Source: Vitrella brassicaformis CCMP3155 (lineage: Eukaryota > Protista > Chromerida). From it: DNA of 43,921 nt. Made by a program: the position numbers and the translations under genes. The notes beneath the pieces were generated by a model. It saw only the letters and a list, made by a program, of their open reading frames with translations, made no database searches and was not told the DNA's origin. Of this stretch, positions 31,854 through 43,921 are shown piece after piece. Location of the stretch: the NCBI GenBank assembly GCA_001179505.1, contig CDMY01000605.1, positions 1 to 43,921 of the forward strand. Reading direction: 5' to 3'. Within the stretch, counting starts at the first letter, position 1, and every line of letters starts with the position of its first letter.

Positions 31854-34168
31854 CCTGGCTTCGACATGTGGAGGCGCCTGCCCGAGATTGTCAGCAATGC
31901 CATGGTCGCGACCGATCGCTTGTCGGCGGACAGTGTCCAGCAGGGGTATGTTGGAGACTGTGCATTCCTGAGCTCTCTGGTTGCGCTGGCCAATTGCGAA
32001 GAAAAAGGCCGTTTGCCTCTCGTGAAGCAAGTATCTACCCGAAAGAGAGACCGGACAGTCCAAAGCCCGTTCTCAGTCCAGAAGGCAAGTACGTGTGGAA
32101 GCTCTTCTTCAATGGTGGTCCGAGGAAGGTAATCCTTGATGATACCATCCCGACTCTCACCAAGAGGGAGTACGAGCGAATGACGGCGACTTCTGCTGTG
32201 CCCAAGGAGCTGTGGCCGACATTGTTCGAGAAGGTAAGGCATATGAAAAGGCACAACAAGAGCATTTGCAAAAGCACGCTTTGTCCGCATGCCTTTCTTT
32301 TTGAAATACAGGCATATGCAAAGGTCCGCGCCCTTTCCACTCACACAGGACACGTGTGCATTGCTCTGATGTCCATCGTTGTGTAGACGATGGGCGGCTA
32401 TGCGTCGATCGACGGGAGCTTCGCGCCTGACAACCTTTATCTCCTCTCGGGGTGGATTGCTGAGTGCATCGACTTTGACAAGCTGCAGAAGAACATGAGA
32501 AGAAGCATTGACCAACTCTGGAGCGACATCCTTCAGCTTCTCCGTGACCGCAAAGCTGTCGCATGTCTGGCCACCCCAGCCTCTTCAGATCGGCAGGTAG
32601 AAAGCGCCATTGGGAACACAGGTGAGGCTTCTACCAGCCCTTGATTACTACCTGTATTTCAACATGAAATATTCGTGTATCTTGCGCTCAGGACTCCTCT
32701 CACAGCACGCGTACTCCGTGCTCGAAGCAGCTGAAGTCGACGGCAACAAGCTCATGTTCATCCGCAATCCACATCGACAAACTCGCTGGAAGGGCAAATT
32801 CTCGCCATCCGATAGACTCTCTTGGACCCACAGAATGAAGGACGAGCTACAATACGACCCGCAGAAGGTGGTGGAGCCACATCGGCATCCAGCAAATTGC
32901 AAGCCGACCTCTACGGAGGCACATGTGTCGACCTCTGTGCGTGTGTGTGTGTGTGTGTGCAGCATCAGAACGACGATGGATGTTTTTGGATGGAATGGAA
33001 GGACATATCAACGCACTTCGATGGGATTTCTTTGGCGTATGACCCCTCAATCTTCCCGCATCGAGTCGATGTTCACTCATGGTGCCCATAGAGCTTATGA
33101 TTCTGGATGGTAGATTATCCGTTGTCCGTCAAATTGTGTATGCAGCTTCGATCCTACAGGCCAAGCCGCATTCGTCAGCAGTGCTCGCAGAGTGTCCGCC
33201 TTCAGTCCGCAATTCGTTCTGGAGCTGAAGCCGACAAAAGACGATCTGTGTCTCTCTGAGGTGGAGGTGTGGGTGCAGCTGCATCGGCATATCAGCGCTG
33301 CGGATCACGTCAAAGAGGAGAAGGAAAAGAAGATCAGTATCACAACTCACGTCTTCGAGGGGGGTGATCGAGTGCAATTAATTGATGGCGAACGATGGTC
33401 GAAGCTGAGTATGGCAACGTACATGATGATCAAGCTGGACAAGTTCCGTTTGCCCTGGAGGAAGAGGGACGATCCGGTAGAGAGAGAGCTTTCAGACTAC
33501 AACCTCAAGTATACCATCGTGGTCGGGCAATACAAACGCAAGGTGAGGACAGCAAGACAAAAAACCGACCATGCTTTCATCCACGGATATGTGTATTCAA
33601 ACCCAGGAGGCCTTCAACTTCACGTTCAGTGTCTTTTCGACAGTGAAGGCCACGTTGCATGAGCTGCCCCCGGTGATACCTCAAGGGTGGATCTCGCAAT
33701 ATCATGACGGAGAATGGACCAAAGAGAACGCAGGCGGGTGCAGAAACCATCCCACATTCGACAAGAATCCTCAGTACTCTGTGATCACGCCCGAGGACGT
33801 GAAGGCGGTCGTTCTGCTGGAATCTCAGCATGTGGGCCAAAAAAAGCGCACACGTTGAAAACACAGATGAGCGAAGTCTCTGCTGCTCTCGACAGCCTCA
33901 CGGCGTCGCAGTTGTACAAGACGTATTCAGAAAAATCGCTTACACACTGAGTTTTTACCTGCAAACCGACACCACCTTTAAGGTGAGCAAAAGCATCCAA
34001 TGGCGTCAGAAGGAATGGTGCAGCTATGATTGTGTCTCACAGGCCGGCGAGAATCGCTTGACTGTGACAACCTATGAGCCGCAGCAGTTGGGCAAGTACC
34101 GGCTGAGCATTCACACCCCTCCGCTGTCCGGCAGCCCTGTCTATCCCGTTGTCAAGCGCGTGAAGTAA
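31854..34168 (+). pseudogene. PalB/calpain-7-type cysteine protease domain plus two domain-III (beta-sandwich) regions, disrupted by an upstream TAG and a frameshift
   Basis: Catalytic Cys (QQGYVGDCAFLSSL, TGT at 31959-31961), His (QHAYSVL) and Asn (IRNPH) are present. Also SIYP, GKYVWKLFFNGGPRKVILDD, ELWPTLFEKAYAK, DDGCFWMEW and AGGCRNHPTFDKNPQY. The frame changes near 32021-32032. TAA at 34166-34168. The lesions could be assembly errors. Confidence 0.75.
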
Positions 34169-34635
34169 GGAATTCATCTCTGTGTAATGTCTGTGTAATG
34201 TTTGTAACCAGAGGAGATCGCTGTGTGAGTAGGTGGCTGTATGTGGCTTCGGATTTTTTCTTTGGCTGTGCGTAGCGTTGTCAGCCGTCATGTCCAGAGA
34301 TAGGGGAGACTGCGAGAGAAGTACACCCGACTTTGCGCAGCTATTTTCGGTGACTGACTGTCTGTGTCAACGAGTCGATGTAGGTATGTAAGGCTGTGCG
34401 AGACATGCATGGAAACATTGGATTTGTGCGCCTGAGCCATATCCACACGGTTGACTCCCTCACACACCCCCACAGACAAAGGACTTGAGACACAAAGATA
34501 CTACATATCAAACACACAGGCCTCCCAATCGACTTACAGCACAGGCGAACGGCCATAGGAAGGCAGCAATAGGACACGCAGACGGACATGCACGCATGCA
34601 TATCAGCAGCCCTCACGCAGGCGACGGTCCGACCA

Positions 34636-36030
34636 AACTCGAGCCTGAATGACACTTGATGCAAGACTGATGGCTCCATCATGTCTTAACGCGCCTTCAC
34701 AGCTAAATCGACACAATGGAGCAGTGGTGGTGTGCTTGCTATCGTGTGTGTTCACATGTCTGGATAGCAAGCAACATGTCTGGTCCTGCTTGCAGTCTGG
34801 ATGTGTCCTCGCACAGACTAGAGGTGACTGACCAGTTATTCTCTCTGCTTGGTGCATACAGAACGTTGTGACAGACAACAGTTATATAGACGTCGTGACT
34901 ACTAGCTGCCGTGTAATTCTGGTGTGCGCTGTATGTGTGTACGCTTTATGTAGACGGACGTTCATAAACTCTATACCATTCTCTAAGTGCCTGGAAAGAT
35001 GGTCTCACCCAACCATCCATCCATCCATCCATGGACACATCAGGCAGCCTTTCAGGCAGGCCCTCAGGCAGACACTCAGGCAGACTACACTCATCTCACT
35101 CACGCACCCACTCCCAAGCTAATCGACCGGCCAATAAGCATGTGTGCTGTGTGATGTGGAATGTGACGTTGGTGGCGTTCAATGCAACGTAGTGGGTAGA
35201 ACACAGACAATCAAAGCCTTCTTTGTCGAACTGTCGTCACTCCACAGACACACATCGCCCCCCCCCNNNNNNNNNNNNNNNNNNNNNNNNNNNNNNNNNN
35301 NNNNNNNNNNNNNNNNNNNNNNNNNNNNNNNNNNNNNNNNNNNNNNNNNNNNNNNNNNNNNNNNNNNNNNNNNNNNNNNNNNNNNNNNNNNNNNNNNNNN
35401 NNNNNNNNNNNNNNNNNNNNNNNNNNNNNNNNNNNNNNNNNNNNNNNNNNNNNNNNNNNNNNNNNNNNNNNNNNNNNNNNNNNNNNNNNNNNNNNNNNNN
35501 NNNNNNNNNNNNNNNNNNNNNNNNNNNNNNNNNNNNNNNNNNNNNNNNNNNNNNNNNNNNNNNNNNCCAGCCCCGCACACTCGCACACACACACACACGC
35601 ACACACGTCTCGAGACAGCAAGTCTCCTAGCACAGGGGCCTCCCTCAACGACACACAGGCAGTATGACCAGGGCCCGAGCCTGGGTAGCATTTGGTGCAA
35701 GACTGGTGGCTCAGTCATGTCTAAAAGCGCATTCAATGGAGCAGCGGCGGTGTGCTTGCCTCGGTGTCAAGCCTGGATGTGTCCTCGCACACCCAGCCCA
35801 AGCAACATTCGGACTAGAGACAGCACACACTCAGACACCTGTCTGGGCTGCAGTGAGGTGTCTCAGTGACAGACAGAACGTCGTGACAGACAACACTTAT
35901 ATAGACGTCGTGACTAGACGTTTAGCTGCCATGCGTATAAACGGTACGTTTCTGCGGGGCTGTATGGGCTGATGTATGTGATCAAGTTTAAGTGACTGCG
36001 TGCACATGCGCATAGACCTATGGCCTGGAA
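34636..36030. repeat. Diverged non-coding direct repeat of about 350 bp (~34636-34995 and ~35663-36030)
   Basis: Collinear shared blocks: TGCAAGACTG.TGGCTC..TCATGTCT, CAATGGAGCAG.GG.GGTGTGCTTGC, CTGGATGTGTCCTCGCACA, CAGAACGT.GTGACAGACAACA.TTATATAGACGTCGTGACTA and GCCTGGAAAGA.GG. Confidence 0.85.
35267..35566. other. Assembly gap (300 N)
   Basis: Run of N preceded by poly-C. Confidence 0.95.
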
Positions 36031-36210
36031 AGACGGCATAGCTCCCATGTACTCATCTTGTTGTCCCCCCAACCATCTTCTCCCCACTCAGACAGCACAC
36101 GGACAGAGTGTCTGAGTTAATGCGACCACACCGACACACCGACCACACCGACACAAAGCAGAACAACTGGCAGAGCAGCCAGTAAAGCTAGTTTGCACAT
36201 TTCCACAATA

Positions 36211-39241
<3,031 letters not shown>

Positions 39242-39430
39242 GACGACCAGCACACAGACGCCAACACGCGGCTCTTGGAAGACCGGCTGTTGGAAGACAC
39301 TCACTCTCTCTGCTGCCGAGTGAGATTCACGCAGCAGATCTGACCAAAAGGGAGTGAGCCCCACTTCTTCCTGGAAGCAACTTGAAGAAGTGCGAGCTTG
39401 TAGAGATCTGCACGCAGCTCCCCCCCCTCC

Positions 39431-39611
39431 CAAAAGCATTTAATGGCGTCAGACGGAAAAGCACAACTGTAATTGCGTCTCACAGGCCGGCGAGAATCGG
39501 TTGATTGTTTCTACATTTGAGACGCAGAAGTTGGGCAAGTACCGGTTGAGCATTCACACCTCTCCAGTCTCCGGCAGCCCTGTCTATCCCGTTGTCAAGC
39601 GAGTGAAGTGA
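39431..39611 (+). pseudogene. Orphan duplicate of the calpain last intron and last exon
   Basis: 39486-39611 encodes AGENRLIVSTFETQKLGKYRLSIHTSPVSGSPVYPVVKRVK*, versus AGENRLTVTTYEPQQLGKYRLSIHTPPLSGSPVYPVVKRVK* at 34043-34168. Intron homology begins at CAAAAGCAT (39431 vs 33988), with no donor or upstream exons. Confidence 0.9.
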
Positions 39612-39918
39612 TGGCTTTCGTGTTCTGCAACGTTGGATTGGAGACGAAACTGCTGCGTGAGTAAGCATGTAGACGAAAGACAGGCACATCGGATTTTCCT
39701 TCGTGTGTATATATCACTGCATTGAGGCATGAGGCGTTGTCAGTCATGTCCGTCACGCCCATTGAACTCATTAAGCCACTGGTTTCCGCCCTCCTGTTCA
39801 TGCATGCCAAGGAGCTCAGTGCATAATCCAAAGCCAGCGTGTACATGTACAGTTAGCATGTACACGAGTCAGTTAGCAAGTCACCGAGCCTTCCGCGGAC
39901 GACGTTTCTTTCACACTT

Positions 39919-42900
39919 TCACCCCTTCTGTGGGCGTTTGACGCGAACCTTCTTCCTCCCTGAAGTCAAATTGCACACACACACGGAGACAAGGGCCTGC
40001 ATGGGTGTTGAGACGTACTTTGTTTGGGTGCGGGCATCAGCACGTCTGGCGGAAACCCAAACAAAGTGTGACCAGCACTGCCACTGCTCGACATCTGACA
40101 CATAACACATACCATGTACTTGAATGACAGAGACCAAAACTCGAGCCGGTCGCATGCCCACCTGTGCTTGAGTTAGCTCTCCACCGAATGCATCCCTTGG
40201 TGGGGGCTGGCCGAACGGATTTGCCGAACCGGATGGTGCCTGGGGTTGCCGAGGCTACAAGAAAGGAAAGTAGACGAGACAAACAGTCAAACAGTCAAAT
40301 AGGTGCGGGGCCATACTCCCACGTGGCTGAATATGCTGCTCTGAGTAGCACCGCTTGTTGTTCGCTGGCCGAAGGCTCCACCACCGAACAGGCTGCCCCC
40401 TGTTGATGCTGACACCCCACCAAAGAAAGACACGCCTGATCGATACACGTACACGTAAACACGCGAGTGCTCCATCACTCACCACTTGTTCCAAAAATAC
40501 TGCCTCCTGAAGTGGTGCCAGCCGCAGTGCCACTGCTGCTGCCGAAAATGCTGTCTTCTGTCTGCGGGAGCGTATGCGCGAATGAAGAGAGGCCCGTAGT
40601 AGCAGCACCAGCATTGTTGACACTCGACAGCCCCCCAGCTCCCGTCGATGAAGCGCCAAACAGAGACGATAGCGGTGGCCCACTCACTGATCCAAATGTG
40701 GCTCCCGCAAACAGCGCGCCGCCACTGGTCGACGGCAGCGCAGAAGTCGATGTCATGGATGATAGGGTAGTGTAGGTGCCGAATAGGGTTTCAGTGCCCA
40801 GGAAGGGTATGTAGGCGGGTGCTACTGCAGGTGTGTCCACAACACACAGCATGGCCTGTGTGTGCACATGTGTTTCATGTTTCATTTGCAGGCCCCCCCG
40901 CTGCTAGTACCTGCGCCACTGCCAAACAGGCTGCCCGTCGACGCGCCTCTCCCCAACAGAGACCCACTGCCTGACCCCGCCCCTGCCCCTGCAGCAGCAG
41001 CAGCAGCAGCAGCAGAGGCAGTCTCTGCCACGGCCGTACCGAACAGACCGCCGCCTGTGGATGATGCCTTGGCAGGTGCGAATAGGCTGGTGGCAGGTGT
41101 GATTGTCGACTGCGATGCGGGTGGTGCTGTGGGGGGCGCGAAGAGCCCGCCAGCACCAGACTGTGCCTGGGTAGTTGTGGCTGCTGCGTTCCGGGAATGT
41201 CCAAGCTCTGCAGGCGATAGAATGTCGACGGTAGGCGAGTTGGGCACCGAAGGCGACGTCGGCTTGCCCGGCAATGTGATGGTGTCTGCAGCAAATAAGC
41301 AGCTTACTTAGCTGCGTGTGTATATGCAAGCCCCCTCGTACTCGCATCTTGATTGGCCACAGGAGAAGGATTCGGTGTGACTGGTCTGGGTGCGCCGGTC
41401 AAGGCGGCGAGGACCTACAACAAATGACGCAGCCATGTAATGGGCCGAGTCTGTTCCTGCGTGCGCATCAAGCAAAAACCTGCTTGGCTGTCGGTCGCTT
41501 GTTGGGGTCTTTCTCGAAGCACATCTGAGACACCAGCCCATGTCTCTAAGCGATGAGGTCTTCTTGAGGCCTCTGCAAGTACCAGAATGATCTGTCGCAC
41601 TTGGGGAGGGAACAGCTTGCCAGTGGGCAGCTCAGGCTGTCAATGAAATGAAATGAGGAAATGGGATGAGACAAAGATAAACTGACTAATGTGCGGCTAG
41701 AAAAAGAGCCACAAAAGACCTTCACTCCCTGCTCGGGCAGTCTCTTGGCTTGCTCCGCAGCCTGCTGGGATTTCAATCCACCAGCTCAGCAGCGAATGGC
41801 CTCTTTCCTGCAGAGAGAGCAAGGCAATGGGAGGGGATGAGTGAGTAGGTAGGCTGCATCTCACCGCCAAGAATCTCCACCTCAACACACCCCAGAGCCC
41901 AAATGTCGGTAGCAAAATTCGGTCGGACGTCTGCAACATACAATGACAGCTACAGAGAGAGACGATAGCAACAGTGGAAACTTACTTGGGTCGTAGGTCT
42001 CGAGCGGCATATAGCCGGGTGAGCCCGCACCTACATACGGCGGGTGCGTGTCTGTATAAGTATGTCTACTCATGTGTAAAGCACTCACCTAAGGTGCTCG
42101 CTATACTGGTGCCCTGCACGAATCTCGCGAGCCCGAAGTCGGTGATCTTAACGTTGCCTTTGGCGTCGACCTGAGTGAGGAGACAGCATAATTGGATGAG
42201 GGCTATTCACATCGTCAGGGCTGTGGCGCTTACGAGTATGTTGGCTGGCTTGAGGTCGCGATGGATGACCTTGTGTGCGTGAAGGGTAACAACGCCCTCG
42301 CAAACCTACACACACAAAGGTGGCCGGACTAGCCAGTCTCCACACAGCGATATACCTGCACGGCCAGTTTCTGACGGATGCTGTCGTCGAGACGCCCGTC
42401 TTTAGCCAGCCGCTCGAGATATTCGTCCACTTGGCCACCAATGCACAGCTCTGAGAGACAGAAGGCTCAATATTAAATCAAGGGTAGGACGCAGATGTTC
42501 GAATATGCCTGTGACGATAATAGGCTTCCCCTTGCTGCCGGGCGCAACTCCGAAAAATGTGATCAAGCGAGGATGACGGACGCGCGAAAGGACGTTTATC
42601 TCCTTTTTTGCGTCCTCCATCGATGCCCTGTCCTGCACAGACGACACATTGTTCCCGTGTGACCATTCGCCCCATCGGCGTGACATTTCCCCACAATCGC
42701 TCACCAGCATCTTGGCGGCCACAGATCGGCCCTTCCACTTGGCTTTGAGCACGGTACCGATTGCACCCGAACCTGCTCAACAGAAGCCATCTGTCCAAGT
42801 ACGCCATCGACTGCTGCATCCCGTACCGAGAACATTGTCAAACCCAGCCTCGAATACCAGCTCATGAGGCTCGACGGCAAGCTCCTTGCCGTCGTCGTAT

Positions 42901-43693
42901 GACACCATTTTCTTGCTCTCCAAGTCACATCTGTTACCAACCTACACGCACATACACATACACACAAGAAAGACCGTACGTGTGGTTGTGCGTGTGTTGG
43001 GAGGCAGCCTCTTACCAGCAATCTGTTGGCGTTGTCATCGGTGATTTCTGCAATCCACTTCTTCACGTTCAGGAAACTCTCCTTATTCGTCACGTCATAC
43101 ACTATGATGAAGCCTGCACGCACCGACAACACACACGCACACTTCTGTCTCTCTGTAAGTCTGCATGGCGACTGGCTGACTGCCTTTGTAATAGCGCAAA
43201 TGGAGCCCATATTGTCGCCCTGTCTGTCTGCATATTGACTAGCGGGTGTCTTCACCATGAGCGCTTCTGTAGTAGGATGCGGCGATGGAGCGGTTTCGCT
43301 CCCGCCCCGCGGTATCCCATATTTCGAGCTTGACGATTTTGCTGTCCACGTCGATAGTCCTGTACCTGACCTCAAGGCCAATAGTCGGTATGAAACTGTA
43401 AACAGCCACGCCACCAGATCTGGCAAGATCCATTATGTGTGCGCGCATGTGTGGTGATCTGGTGGTACCTGTCAGTGTATGTATCTTCCGTGAACCTCTG
43501 GAAGAGACAGGACTTGCCCACGCCGCTGTCTCCGATCAGCAACACCTTGAACAGATAGTCACTTCCGTACAAAGACACAAACACACCATCACACACAACA
43601 CAGAGAGGAAGCAAGATGCAAGCAGGCGCACCACACAGAGCACAGCAATCAGCAATGTGGTCCGTCAGTGTTCGTTTACTCTTCAGAACTCAT
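39919..43693 (-). pseudogene. Degenerate Rab1 + TKL kinase + FG-repeat tail fusion (kinase cassette B); one 1-nt deletion gives a premature TGA
   Basis: ATG at 43693 (MSSED|[17 protein letters not shown]). The Rab part has DTAGR and NRCD and lacks G5. Kinase exons are collinear with copy A (HRDLKPAN, DFG). GAGCTG-GTGGATTGA (A has GAGCTGAGTGGATTG) gives a stop at 41773-41775. Downstream exons remain open, encode LFG/FG/IFG-rich sequence and end RRKKVRVKRPQKG* (39919). This would be an intact CDS if the indel is a sequencing error. Confidence 0.8.
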
Positions 43694-43921
43694 GACGACC
43701 ACCAACGCCACACCAACAAACTCACTCTAAGGCTGATGCTGACCTACCTGTCAGGATTGCCAGCTTGGCAAGACGAACCACTGCGAGCTTGTGAGCTAGG
43801 GTATATTGCTGTGTAACGGGTGGAGAGAGGAGAAGAGAAGGAAAGACAAGGAAAGCATTCTGAGGAGACACGATCTTATCAGCCATCACCGAAGTGAGAT
43901 CTGTGTTGACCACCCTTCATG

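Overview
Intron-rich, GC-rich eukaryotic DNA with short GT/GC-AG introns full of (CA)n, (GA)n and (GGAT)n microsatellites. The style resembles a chromerid alveolate such as Vitrella, which is an inference from style only. Most entries in the ORF track are intron read-throughs or antisense shadows, so I built spliced gene models by hand. Left two-thirds: a coiled-coil protein (-), a protein ending in a villin headpiece (+), an egghead/BRE-3-like GT2 glycosyltransferase (-), two largely disordered orphan proteins, a protein with two DUF723-like zinc-ribbon repeats of phage/giant-virus type (-), and an intact Raf-like TKL kinase (+). Right third (25.8-43.9 kb): a duplicated, rapidly evolving cluster holding three paralogous kinase cassettes with shared intron positions but different flanking modules. 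These are (C) a six-bladed Kelch propeller plus kinase with DFG->NFG; (A) a near-canonical Rab1 GTPase fused in frame to an intact kinase; and (B) a degenerate Rab1 (Q->R, G5 deleted) plus kinase plus an FG-nucleoporin-like tail, with one 1-nt deletion. Interleaved are an ankyrin-repeat + PalB/calpain-7-type protease gene carrying an in-frame TAG and a frameshift, and an orphan duplicate of its last exon that marks a duplication/deletion junction. There are two 300-N assembly gaps. I found no RNA genes, CRISPR arrays or intact mobile elements.
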